Shown: positions 1-14,329 of the stretch, in pieces
Layout: every line of letters begins with the position of its first letter
Position numbering within the stretch: position 1 is the stretch's first letter
Source: the human T2T-CHM13v2.0 reference genome, Homo sapiens
Direction: 5' to 3' (one strand)
Length of the DNA stretch: 64,000 nucleotides
NCBI RefSeq assembly: GCF_009914755.1
Contig: NC_060946.1
The notes under the pieces: generated by a model
Database searches by the model: none
Seen by the model: the letters and a program-made list of their open reading frames with translations, nothing else
Told to the model about the DNA's origin: nothing
Position numbers and translations under genes: made by a program

Positions 1-34
1 ATGACTGATACAGCCAACTAATAATCAACATGAT

Positions 35-160
35 AATCATTCTTATATAGCTCTGTTTTTCAGAGGAGGAAACGATACTCGGAGAGGTGAAGCAAGTGGT
101 GAAAGGGGATGAAGAGGGAATTTGAGCACAAAACTGTCTTACTCCAGAGTCTGGGTGCAT
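35..160 (-). mobile_element. MIR SINE fragment
   Basis: Antisense MIR core: ttttcagaggaggaaac..gagaggtgaagcaag..ggaatttgagc..tgtcttactccagagtc. Confidence 0.6.
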
Positions 161-1381
161 AAACTTGACTTATGAATACTTGATTTAATTTTTTTTTTTT
201 TTTTGCAAACTACCTGGTGAGTAGATTTGCAGATGGTGAAGCAAGGGCTCAGAGACAGGAAGTGGAATTTATGTTTCCCAGCTTATGGATTGTAGGGAGT
301 TTTCCTAATTCCAAGTTTTCCATTCATACAACCAGCATTTACTGAGCATAGATATTGCATGAGGCACCGTTGTAGTCCCTGGGGATCCTGCAGTGGCTAA
401 GACAGGCTCAGCCCTGGCCCCCCAGAGTTAAGAGCAGACACCAAGACTCTTCAACATATTGCAAGGGTCCTGGCTCTCACTTCCCAATGTCCTGGTGACA
501 TAGAGGACTTTCTCCACCCTTCCCACTAGGCCTTCCTTCTCTCCCCTTGCCTCTCAATCCAGTCCCAGCACACGGCATCTCCTGGGCATGCATCCAAGCC
601 AAGTAGGAGATGGGGCATATTTTATCCTGGGACCATTTCTCGTCCTGTTATTGACTTACAGGAAATTATCATTTCTTCCCAGCTGGCATTCTCCCTTTGT
701 CATTTCTCTTGAGAGAGGGACTGGGTATGGGCCCTCCATGGGACTCCTGTGTTCTGGCTGGGGAGCTGACTTCTCTGGGGCTGGTGGCTGCCAATGTGTA
801 GATGGGGATGCTGACAAGATGAATGCAGAGACAGCCCAGCTAGAAACCCACACAGTGCTGGGCTGGTAGGCAGGACAACTTGGTTTGCATCTCTGATCTG
901 CTGTGCTCTTTTGAATGATCTTGGGCATCACTTAATCCCTTTGGGCCTCTGTAGTCTCGCCCATGAAATGATGTTCACCTGCTATGCACGTCACATTCAA
1001 GAATACGCCTAGGTCACCTTACGTGAAGATATTGCTATATGTAAACATCCCTCATAGAAACATTGTCTGTATTTTACAGATAATACATGCTACAATGATT
1101 AGTGAAGTCTCCCAGGAGAAGAGGGAACCTGAGCTGGTCTCCCTTGCCCCTCACCCTCCCTAAGATTCCATCTGAAGGCCTGTCACTATGTGGTAGACTT
1201 TCCATACTCCATCAAGTCCTCCCCAGAAAAACATCTCAATGCCCTGTGAGCAGGAACAGTCCCAGGTGAAACTCCAGTCTGGCCATTTATGGCACGTGAC
1301 CTTGGGGAGGCCAAGGTCATACATTAGTCTGTATTCTCCATGACAACTGTATTATTTTCTTAGTTTCAACTAAGAAACAAC

Positions 1382-1790
1382 TGTATTAGTTTCTTATTGT
1401 TGTTTTAACTTAGGAGTTAAAACAACACCCACATTTATCATCTTAAAGTTTTGGAGGTCAGAAATTCAAAATCAAGGTGTTGGCAGCGCTAGGTTCCTTC
1501 TGGAGGCTGCAAAGGAGACCTCGTTTTCTTGCCTTTTTCAGCACCTAGAGGTCACCTGCATCCCTTGGCTCATGACTCCAACCTCTGCCTCCACAGTCAC
1601 GTCTCCTGCTAACTCTGCTCTTCTTGCCTCCCCTTAGAAGGACCCTTGTGATTGCAGGATAATCCCCCCATCTCAAGATCCTTAACTTAGTCACGTCTGA
1701 GCAGTCCCTTTTGCCATGTAAGGTAACATTCACAGGTTCCAGGGATTAGGACATGCATACCTTTGGGGGACCATTATTCAGAAGACCACA
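1382..1790 (-). mobile_element. MaLR solo LTR (MLT1C/D-like)
   Basis: Starts tgtattagtttctt and ends gggggaccattattcagaagaccaca; typical internal motifs (aatcaaggtgttggcag, tctcaagatccttaacttagtcac, ttttgccatgtaaggtaacattcacaggttcc); near 5-bp TSD acaac/tcaac. Confidence 0.9.
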
Positions 1791-2499
1791 TCAACACTTG
1801 CAGGCAGGACTTCTTATCATTTGGAAACAGAGGCCCAGAGAGGAATGTGACCACTGGTCATAAATGGTCACCCTGGGGTTTGAACCTTGACCTTTCCCTG
1901 CTCTCAATACAATGACATGCCTCTCTGGACAGGAGTTGATGGCGCTGGAGTGGGGGTGGTCAACTGGAGAACATCATGGATAAAGGCTTTATCATGGAGG
2001 ATTCCAGGAGAGAAAAGGATGTATCCTTTTCTTGTTTATAAAAACCTTGTCAGGGCTTAGTACAGAGCCTGGTACATGGAGATGCTTAATAAGCATTTGA
2101 CGAATACATCAACATAAGGAAGAGAACATGAGGCATTTTACCAAAGAAAATCAGTGATAAAGAATATAATCAGGGTGTCAGATTGTGAAGGGCCTTAAAT
2201 GCCAGAACAAGGAGGTTAAACATCACCATAATACAACTGTGAGCCACTGGTGATACCTGATAGGAATGTGGTATTTCAAGGAGATGAGTTTGGCATTGAT
2301 GTGCAAGGAGGACTCTAGGGAAAAGAGACTGGGGGCTGTAGAAAGGTTAGGAACAATTCACTGGAGCATTCAGCATTTTGCCAAGCTTGCAAACTCTTGA
2401 AATAGCCAAGAAAATATAAACAAGAGAGGCTAGTATGAGATATGCAACTGAATTGTCAAAACAAAAAGAGAAGTATACCTTGACCACTGATAGGAATAG

Positions 2500-2700
2500 T
2501 CACAGCTCTAAAGCACTAGATACCCACCATGTGTTATAAACTGGACTAGGTACTGGCGCCTTTCCATACATATTCTTACCCACCCTCCCTAAATATGATT
2601 TTAAAATTCTCCTTTGCAGGTGATGCAACTGAAAGTGAGGGGTGAGGTGATTCACCTATGTGGGTACAGTTGGGAAGTGGCAGAGCCAGCATTCAAACTC
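2500..2700 (-). mobile_element. MIR SINE
   Basis: ttctcctttgcaggtgatgcaactgaaag..gggaagtggcagagccagcattcaaactc. Confidence 0.65.
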
Positions 2701-2800
2701 TTGCACCTCCACAGCTGAACTGGTATTTGCCCTGGTGACATCTTGTCTCTGCGGTAATGCTGAGAGTGATTGGTCAAGGATATACAATAGGTAAAATGAG

Positions 2801-3401
2801 AGTGGTTCTACCTTATCCACAATTTCGATTTCTGTGGTTTCAGTTACCCATGGTCAACCATGGTCTGAAAATAGTAAATGGAAGATTTCAGAAATAAACA
2901 ATTCATAAGTTTTAAATGGCATATTGTTCTGAGTAGCATGATCAAATCTCACGCTGTCCAGCTTCATCCCGCCTGGGATGTGAATCTTCCCTTTGTCTAG
3001 GTATCCAATCTGTCTGCACAACTTGCCCCTTATCCACTAGTGGCTGTCTTGGTTACCACATTGGCTGTTGAGATATCACAGTGCTAGCTTTGAAAGAATA
3101 CCTTATTTTATTTTTATTACAGTATATTGTTATAATTGTTCTATTTTGTTATTAAGTATTGTTCTGTTGTTAATCTCTTCTTACTGTGTCTAATTTACAA
3201 ACTTTATTATAGGTATTTATGTATAGGAGAAACATAAATATTATGTTTAATTTATATTATATAAACTTTAAAGTTTATCATAGGTATTTATGTATAGGAG
3301 AAAATGTAGTGTATATAGGGTTAGTTATTATCTGCAAGTTTCAGACATCCAGTGAGGGTCTTGGAACATATTCCCCACCTTGGATAATGGGGGGGAACCC
3401 T
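2801..3401 (+). mobile_element. MER44 (Tigger7-derived Tc1-mariner MITE)
   Basis: ccttatccac..tttcagttacccatggtcaaccatggtctgaaaata..cagaaataaacaattcataagttttaaat; end gggtcttggaacatattcccc..ggataatggggggaa; degenerate terminal inverted repeats. Confidence 0.85.
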
Positions 3402-3569
3402 GAATTCCACTCTGGGCATATAGATGACATATGATGATCATGACAGGCTAGGACTGCTGATATGGGGAGCCTAGGAAGGTTGAAGGGAGAAAATCACCTT
3501 AAGTTGGAAATTTGTGTCTGGCTGGAACTTGGGAGAAGAGCTGTAGATGGAGATCCAGATCTGGGAGTT

Positions 3570-4025
3570 GCCGCAGACACTGTTGGTGTCCTCACCCATA
3601 TCCCTGCAGCCTTGCCTTTGTAGGGCTTGCTGGGATGACTTCCAACAGTCTAAGGGCTTTGCTGTTGTCTGTGGCCTATTCTGCTTACCTGCATGCAAGT
3701 TAGAAGTGCCTGAGAATTACCATCCTCCAGGAGCAACCTCAACTAAAGATTGACAGGAGTTGGTAAATAAATGGCTCAGAACCCTGGCTCCTCGAGCGGG
3801 ATAACTTCAACAAGCATGTTCTGCGTTGCTTCCCAGCATTCTCCAGCAGGATTAGGCTCCAGCTGCCCACGGGAGTTTCTGAGTTGATTATGTACCCTTG
3901 ATTGGCTGTCTTTCCTTCCTGTTCACTTCTGCATCCTCCTTTCTGGTGTTTCCTGGGACCACAAATAAACTACTTGTCCTCAAAACTTTGGCTGAGGATC
4001 TCTCCTTGTGGTGGAGCCGAAATTC
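3570..4025 (+). mobile_element. ERVL solo LTR (LTR16 family)
   Basis: tgacaggagttggt..cagcaggattaggctccagctgcccac..ttgattggctgtctttccttcctgttcacttc..gtttcctgggaccacaaataaactacttg. Confidence 0.75.
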
Positions 4026-5567
4026 AAATGGGAATTCTCTCCACTGAACTGGACCATAGACTAAGTAGAGAAATCAGAATCATTCTTTGGAGGTACGGAT
4101 ACATGTAATAGGTGAAATAAGGAAGAGAGTTGAGGGGTAAGCAGAAAACAGGAAAGCCTAGAATTCTGGAATCCAAGAAGGAAATTGGCTTGGGGATATT
4201 GATCAGCAGTGGCAAGGTCTCATACTTGACCTACAGGTCAAGTATGAGAGCTGGAATCAGGTCTCAGATTTAGCAACTTTATGATTAATGATTATTTGGA
4301 GGGCAATCTTGGTAAGAGTGATGGGATCAGAACTCTATATCCAGAAGCTGAAGAAGGTAGAGCAAAATATAGTAAGCACTATTAATTTCTGATAAATATT
4401 TATTAAGCCTATTTTATGAGTGGAGTACCTTCACATTTATATCGTTGAGTTCTCAGTGCATTTCTAGAAATCAGGGCATGATACCCATTTCATGGATGAG
4501 GAATATGGAGCTCACAGTGGTTTGGGTGACAAGTTGGATCATCAGCAGTGGAAGAAAGGAGACACATGCTGGAAACTGAAGGAGGAGAGTGAGACATGGA
4601 ATTTTCATTTATTGAACACCTATTGTGTGCAAGCCTGAACATTACTAGTTGTGTAATCTTGTGCCTATCACATATAATTAGTTGCATGTTCATTGTTACA
4701 TATATTAGTTATTAGTAATTTATATATAATTAGTTACTATCTGTAGAACATTTAGAACAGTGCCTAGTACAAGGTAAGCCCTTGATAAGTTAGTGATTAC
4801 TATTTTTATTATTAATGTCAATATTATTACTGCTATAATTAGCAGTAATAGAAATTAGCAATGATGTATATATAGGTCATAGCATCTGTGACCTATAGCA
4901 GCCAAAGGTAGTCACAATCTCCAATTTATAGATGAGATCAATGATGCTAAGAAATGTGTCCAAGGTCACAGAACTCGAAAGAGTACAGCTTGCATTTGAA
5001 TTCTTCTCTGTGTGATTTCAAGGCCCATTTTCTTCCATTGCAGCAGCTTGGGCAGGGTTTTATCAAGTCATAAGTGGCTTGTGATAGATTGAAGGGAGAG
5101 GAGAAGAAGAAAAATTGAAGATGAGAGAGAGTTAAGTGGAAAGCAGGTGTGTCTGGTGTTGTAGAGAGTGTGATCAGAAGGCCAGATTTACAGATTTGCC
5201 CTGGACCTTACTACACAAACAAGAAGGAAGGAGGAGAAGTGAATTTGGCATTTTGGCAACAGTGAATTGCGGGTGAGAGGTTCCTGTTCAGGGATTTTTG
5301 CTGACCTGAGAAAATTCTGTTTCATGTTTTTAAGCTGGTGAGCATGGGAGGAAGGATGGGAGGTTTAAGGAGCAGTAAAATCTGGCCTGGTCTTTATGGG
5401 CATCGTGGCCCATAATAGAATCATGGCCCATAAAAGACTCGTGCAGGAGCCTGCAAGGACTAGGGGAGATAGCTCAACTTATCTGTGTGATAGGTCATCA
5501 GTGTCCTGCTCCTAGGTCAAAAGCTGCAAGTCTTGTTGGCTCAAAGATCAAGGAAGAACACCAAAGG

Positions 5568-5800
5568 CAATGTAGCATGGTAGAAACATCAAAAACTTCG
5601 AGTCAGACATTTTGGGCTTGAAGGGGGGATCTGCCAACCCCTAGCTTTGTGACTTGTGCCTAGTCAATTTCCTTCTCTGAGCTTTAGATTTCTCATCTAT
5701 AAAAGAGGGTTAATAGTACTTTTCTTACAGGTGGTTGGGCAGATGAAATGACATCATGTTTATAAGTGTGCCTGAAGTATAGAAAGTCCTGATAGCAGAT
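5568..5800 (+). mobile_element. MIR SINE, near full length
   Basis: caatgtagcatggtagaa..gagtcagac..ctagctttgtgacttg..tctctgagctttagatttctcatctataaaagagggttaatagtac. Confidence 0.8.
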
Positions 5801-6872
5801 ATGAACTATCATTAATGTAGTCACGACTTAGAATTTTCCCCAATTTCCTAATGCAAGCTAAATCAATGTCTCTCTCGGCACCTTGCTTTTCTCCATGGGA
5901 AAACTGACAGAGCTGGTGTATTTTCTCCATATCTGGTTCTTGAAGTCTGCACTGTCTTTCATGAACTTGGGCTTGGAAAAATCCTGGCCTGAACCTTGGC
6001 AAGACTGAATCCCCAGACAGACAGATTTTCTGTGGTTCACCTTTCCTCAGATGTGGACAGGGATGCCTCAGAGGAGGCCAGGTCAAGCATTTCATGAGCA
6101 GCTCTTACCTTAGGTGGAGCTCTATGGAAGAGTTGGAGTTATGGGAGTTTTGGTGTGGCTTATGGGAAGTTCAGGCCTTTGTATACCTCATTCCACCGAA
6201 GAAAGAGATCATGATCCTCTGGGGAGAAAAGTATACACTAAGACCTTAATTCTTGTTTTTCTTTTTAAATTAATTGAGTGACCATTTACTGCACACCAGG
6301 AAGCCATGCAATAATGCAGGCCACACCAGGAAGGCCAGGCCCCAGGGAGCCTGCCACCCAGGAGCTGTCCGTGGTTCTGAAACCTTTGTGTTGGCATTGT
6401 GGAGGGGAACCCATCTCTGGCTCTGGTTCATGGTCTCTACTCTGAGAGATCCTTCTGAGTTCACTTCCATATGATACAATCTGCAAGTTCTGACACACAT
6501 CCTATATGTTAAAAAAGTAACCTTCAAGCACCTAATAGCCCTGATTCTATTCTAGTCTCTTTTAATGACCAACAACTCCTGTAGTTAAACTCTAGCTGGA
6601 AAACAGAAGGAAAACTTGAATCTCTGACTTAGATCCCAACTTTTATTCCAGCTATGCTCTAGCAACATGTATTGGGAAGATTTTAAACCATCTTTAAAGA
6701 CAACTGTGTTCATCACAAAAGAAAGGCACAGGGTAGTAGAAAGACCTGGTTTGAATCATGACTGCTTCATTGACCAGGTATGTGGCTTGAACAATTTTTT
6801 TTTTATCTCTCTGGTCCATCAAAGGTTCACTTTTTTTCAAACACACTGCCCACCACCTTCTGGGAAGCCTTT

Positions 6873-7171
6873 TTTCTTTGAGACAGAGTCTTGCTCTGTT
6901 GCCCAAGCTGGAGTGCAGTGGCACAATCTCAGCTCACTGCAAATGCCACCTCCCTTCACCTCCTGGGTTCAGGCAATTCTCCTGCCTCAGCCTCCCAAGT
7001 AGTTGGGATTACAGGCACCTGCCCCCATGCCTGGTTAATTTTTGTATTTTTAGTAGAGATGGGGTTTCACCATGTTGGCCAGGCTGGCCTTGAACTCCCA
7101 ACCTCAGGTGATCCTCCCACCTCGCCCTCCCAAAGTACTGGGATTATAGGCATGAGCCACTGCACCTGGCC
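6873..7171 (-). mobile_element. AluS (Sx-like)
   Basis: Full antisense Alu; perfect 14-bp TSD tctgggaagccttt at 6859-6872 and 7172-7185; about 10-bp internal insertion near 6942-6958. Confidence 0.97.
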
Positions 7172-7519
7172 TCTGGGAAGCCTTTAGTGCCACCTCTAAT
7201 CCCCACTAAATCCCTCTGCTGGGGTCACGCTATATCTATTTTTGTCTTAGCCATTTCTAAGTTCCCAAGGTACATATTCACCCCATATTTATTTAGTCAA
7301 ATATATTTATGGATCTTATGGATTTGATTAAAATCAAATAAATATGGCAGATCGAACACTGAATCAGCAGTCAGGACAACTTGGATCTACTCTGATTCTG
7401 CTGTCGTTTTTCTGCATGACCCTGAGAAACCCTCTGCTCCTTTCTGAGGTATCAGTTTTTGCCATCTGAAAGGCAACAGGTGGTATTAAATAAATGTTAA
7501 GGGTAGTTCCAGTCTTTTA

Positions 7520-8800
<1,281 letters not shown>

Positions 8801-9344
8801 CAATGAAGATATAAAAGTTTAGAGCTCAGAAAACCGGTCTTGATGGGAGTTAGAGACAAAACTAAGATGCAAATGGCTCTGATTTTCTCTCCTTCCACTC
8901 TATTCCCTGAAGGATCTTTTCCTTTCCTGAACTCTTTGAGCTTGTTGGTGCCACACAATTAGGCACTTAATTGCTTTCTAATTGATATGTGCCTTAGCCT
9001 GTCTCACCAGATAAATTCGCAAGTTCCTTGAGGGTAGAGGGCTCCTTATAATGCCCTCCCCAAGACTCCCCCTGGGCACCACATGAGATTTGTGAGCTAT
9101 CTGAATGGAGGATGGGAGAATTTAGGTTGTTAGTCATTTATGGCTGCTCTGGACCTCAGTTTTCTCATCTGTAGAATGGGAGCCACTAGACTTCCTCCTG
9201 TCATTCTGTGATCTCCTAAGGATTTTAGATTTGTTCATCCCCCAGAATGTCAACGAGGGAGCTAGGGGCAGAGTGCAGCTCATTACACCTCTGAAATGCA
9301 TGGCCCTGGACTGGTTGAACATTAGGATGTTTAGGAAGGAAGCA

Positions 9345-9910
9345 GACGTTTAAAAAAAAAATAAAAGAGAGAAGAAAAATTGTTTCCCTCCAGTAGTAGC
9401 AGGCACTCAGCAAAACAAACAAGTCTAACGGAATGCTTTGGCGATTATACGGACAAACAAATCACTTTCCCAAAGTGCTTCTTGGGGGAATTACGGCTCC
9501 TGGAAATGAAACACAAACAGATTATTAAAAAAGAGCTCCCCGTTGGGAGAGAAACAGTATTTACAAGAGAAGATGTGCCTAGCCGGACCTCTAATTGCCG
9601 TTCATTATCTCATATTGATTTAATTAGCTGTTGCACTCAGGTCTGAATTGCCTGCTGCCCGCAGCAGGGGACTGGCGAAGAGAGGGGGTTCAGATTGACC
9701 GAGCAGGCTTCTACCATCCCTCATTCTCCTCCTCCCTTTCCCCTGAAACAAGAGGGTCAGCTCACAGGGTGTCCTTGCGGTGGCAAAGTGGCGGCTGGCG
9801 GCCGGAGGCGGCCAGCCACGTCCAAGGCCTTGGGGGCAGCTCTGTCTCTCACATGCCTCAACTGGGGTGGCTGAGAGGAGCTAATTAGCCGCAGTAATTA
9901 GAGACAGTGT
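9345..9910. promoter_or_regulatory. Candidate distal enhancer / conserved non-coding element
   Basis: Repeat-free; FOX-like aaacaaaca and tatttac; homeodomain ctaattg, gatttaattagc, gctaattagc, gtaattag; CpG retention (ggcggctggcggccggaggcggcc). Motif-based inference only. Confidence 0.45.
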
Positions 9911-10224
9911 CTTCATAGTGTGGAATTAGAGTGGTTTGGTGAAAGCATGGGGAGATATATGGCCCAGGCTGGCTGTGGTAATGGGGGAGAAGCTGGCAGA
10001 GGGGAGATGAGGCGGTCTCCTAGAGTGTCCTTTGGCCCTTGCGGGGTGACTCTTTTACCCCTTTCTCCAGGGTTGCCACTCCCATGTCAGCCTATTCAGC
10101 CCTTTGTGGCGGCTCCACCCCTCTGTGACCCAGAGACTCCAACTGAGCAGAGATTTCCGATGAAAAAGGAAGGTTATTAACGTTTCTCTCTAGTGGGCGT
10201 CTGGGACCAATTGTTTTGAAGATT

Positions 10225-10925
10225 TGGGGTTTATAATTGCAAGTGATTAATGGGGGAGTTGGCAATCAGGCTTAAAAGGTTGCTAATTGCTCTTTTAACA
10301 TAATTGTGTCCGAGCAAGCTAGAGCGCTGTGCGCACGGGTTTGGCATGCAGAATGCGCTGCATGGGGCATTAAATGGTATCTGTGCCTTTCCTTCCTCCC
10401 TCCATCCATTAAACAAATCTTGATTGAGAGTCTGTGGAGCTCCTGGCCCAATGCTGGCTACTGGGGACACAGCTGTGAATGAGGCAGAGCCCCTGCCCTC
10501 AAGCCTGGTGAGCTGGGGAACACTGAGGAATGGAATTCCCTTATCCGCTGTATTTGTGCCAAGACAACTGAGCCAATCCACAATTATAGAGAACGCTTGG
10601 GAATTTAACAGTGTTGTCCAGAGAGAGGACGATGGGGGAACAGTGAATTGAGTAGGTTCCCACTCACTTGGAAGTGTTTAATAGGACGACTGTATAAGTG
10701 CAGCACGGCCAATAAGCAGAAGGAAAGCAGGCTGAAAAAAGATCTTCCGAGTCTGTACATTCAGTTCCTGCACTGCTGGAACTCACCCTCAGGCTGCCTC
10801 ACTCCGGGCCTAATAACTTTATATTTACACAAAATTATAACAAGCCTGATGATTACATTTTTTTTCCACAACAGGTAAAAAGCAGTGATATCTATACAGA
10901 GCACATCTCAGAAGATACGTGCCAC
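10225..10925. promoter_or_regulatory. Candidate enhancer pair flanking a short L2 end
   Basis: ataattg, gattaat, ctaattg, cattaaat and gcgctgtgcgc (10225-10400); ccaat box, tatttac, CpGs (10660-10925). Confidence 0.4.
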
Positions 10926-12189
10926 CTGACAGAGAAGGGAATTCAGGCTTATGGAGGCAAGGATTACCCAAGGTTGCATAATCTGTGAATTAGGTTTCAG
11001 GCTTCTAATCTCATATTCTTTGCATCAGGCTTGCGATAGGTCCCCAAAGACCAGAGAAAAATCCCTTAGAGTCTATTGGATTGAAGAGTGGCAAGTAGAT
11101 TTCATCTTGCTCACAAATTTTGCATTTTTTTTCTTTTTTTTTTGTATTTTTTTGTAAAGGCTGCTTGGAATGTTGCGTAGGGAAAGGATTTGAAAGGTAC
11201 ATTTGGTCACGGTGGGGAAAAATCAGTGATCAATCAGTAATCTCTGCTTTGACTAAAGGAGAAGGTACAGTGACGTGGATGCACAAATTTGCCATCCTTG
11301 ATAAAATTTCATCTCCTTCTCTTGCAGATATGCAGCCAAGACTCTCAAAGAGTGGAAGTGACTTGCCCAAGCCTCTTGGGAGTCCCTTTGGCAACGATTA
11401 ACTCACCTGTTCCCATAGGTCCAGTCCTGCAGGGAAAACAGGAACCGTGGCTTGGACTCTTGAGGAGATGACATATTACTGAGAGGGGCCAGATGTAGAT
11501 AAATAGTGTGTGCAGAGACAGTCCAGAGAAATAGTGAAGGGAGGGCATCACTCAGGAGGAAGATCTTGGAGGACTGAACAAATTAATTTGGGCAGCCGAA
11601 AAGATTGAGGGAGGATAGCTCAGGTGGGAGGCACAGCAAGGGCAAAGGCAGAGAGCTGGAGGAAAATTGTGTGTGTGACAGAGTCAAGGAAGAGGCTGGC
11701 TTCATTAGAATGGAGGCTGTGTGTTAGGAAGTGACGGGGAGAAAACTAAGAATCCCTTAAAAAAGGAGGATCTTTCATTGCTCTGGTCCCCTTGTAGTGA
11801 TCATGGTGCCGTGTACACACTAGGTACTCAATAGGTGTTAAGTCCTTCTCCAGTCATTCATTCATTCATGACATCCTTTCAGTGTCATTCATTAATTCAA
11901 CAAACAGTTAGTGAGTGCTTAGTATGTACCAGATCTAGGACTGAGTGCTGGGAAACAGTAACAAATAAAAAAGACAAGGTGTCCATTCCTGTGACACTTA
12001 ACCACCTGGCAGGAGAGGCTGCATGGCCAGAGGCATGAGCTCTGGGCTGGGCATCAGGAGGCCTGGGCTCTGGTCTCCTGCAGTCACGAATTTGCATTGT
12101 TTTTCTGAGAATATCACTTGCCTAGTCTGAGGCTCCCCTTGTTGCTCCTGCACGTCTGGGATCCAACCCTGCTTACCACTGCCTGTCAT

Positions 12190-12550
12190 TCTGCTCAGGG
12201 GTCCATTCTGCTAATTCCCTACACTCTGAGCTCATTCCCACCCTAGGGTCTTCGCAAATGCCTCCTCCACCTTCCACCTGGCTGGCTTCTGCTTATCCTT
12301 TGGGCCGCCCTGTAAGTGCCACCTCTTCCAGGAATCCTTCTCTGACGTCCTCTGTAGGATCATCCCTTTGTTCTGGGTCACAGTCCTCTTTTGCTCCACG
12401 GAGCACCTACTACACCTTTTAAGTGTCCACTTGCTGCTTGGTTACCTTGTGTTTTTCCCTCTAGTTTGAGACCAAGTTTCCCATTTTGTTCCCATTGCCA
12501 TGCCCAGTGGTTGGCTCATAGTTACACACATGGGCAAGAGTGAATGAATA
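12190..12550 (+). mobile_element. L2 3' end
   Basis: gccacctcttccaggaatccttctctgac..gttggctcatag..gagtgaatgaataaatg. Confidence 0.65.
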
Positions 12551-12599
12551 AATGGCCAATTTTGCTGGACTTTCTCAGAATCAGTAATCAAGACCTTCT

Positions 12600-13257
<658 letters not shown>

Positions 13258-13783
13258 CTAACTAGCTGGGGTGAGAGATGAGACCAGGCCTTCAAGTGCA
13301 GTCTGGTCCTGCCTATCAGAGGCTGGTCCCGGGCTATAAAGAAGGAATCAGCCCCATGGAGTTCTGATTTAATTAGCTTGGTGATATTGCCCTATCGATC
13401 ACTCATTTCAAGTCTGCCAACCAGGGGAAGTGTGGTTTGCCCATCACCCTCTCACTTACAGAAGCCGACATCGACTTGTTTATTCAAGCCCAGCTGGGGA
13501 GCCCTTCAGAGCCCCTCCCTCCCCCAGCACATATTTGAGTTTGGATAAATCTCTCTCTTCTGCAGACTGCTCAGCCAGCCCTTCTTCCTGCTTCCTGGGC
13601 TTCTAAGGCCCTCTCCCCATCTCTTCTTTTCCAATTGAATTAGCTTTAATATTTTTTTGATGGAAAGAGTATTTGCTTTATCTCTGCTGCTAAATGTCCT
13701 AATTGTTTCCTTCATCTTGGGTAATACCTCGTTAATTTTGTGGCTGCCTGCCTGCCTCTTCCAGAACAGCCATAGCCTTCAGG

Positions 13784-13846
13784 GTTTCTTTTTTCCTTTT
13801 CTTTCTTTTTCTTTTTTCTTTCTTTCTTTCTTTCTTTTTTTTTTCC
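13784..13846. repeat. T-rich (TTTC)n polypyrimidine tract
   Basis: tttcttttttccttttctttctttttcttttttctttctttctttctttctttttttttt. Confidence 0.85.
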
Positions 13847-14329
13847 TGCAGCTGATGATGCTGAGTTGGAGGGGATCCAGTCACATTGGGGCTCTCTTGG
13901 GTTCTTCTCTCTCTCACCCTCCCTGGTTATCTGTCTCTCCCCTTCTCCTCTGCCTTTCTCTCTGCCTCTTTCCCTTCTTCCTCCTTTCACCTCCCTTCTC
14001 GCAGCTTCTCCTCCTTTCCTGGAAAGATAATTCAGACTTTCAGACTAGCTTCGACATGAGAACCTGGTAGGAAAAGAGATGATTCCATGAGAACCCAGAG
14101 AGCCCAGCTGGGATCTAGGTGCACTCTAACTGTCCCCACCATGGCCTGCCTGTCCTGCTTTATTTCCTCCACTGGAACCATTAATTTAGGGTTTTCCTCA
14201 AATACGTGACACTGAATGTAAACTCCAGGCACCTGTGGTCATGGGAGGGGAAGAGAAGGGCCTCTGATCAAATACACCGAGGAATGCTGTGCAATGTAGG
14301 GAGCTCATGAACAATCAAACTTACTGGGT

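Noticed and set aside
189-204. Isolated poly-T run as a retrocopy tail
   Set aside because: No adjacent mRNA-like or Alu body and no TSD found.
4871-4897. tataggtca-n9-tgacctata inverted repeat
   Set aside because: 9-bp arms with a 9-nt spacer can occur by chance, and the spacing is not a classic receptor element.
13657-14070. 137-aa hydrophobic ORF resembling a membrane protein
   Set aside because: The F/L/S richness comes from a polypyrimidine tract.
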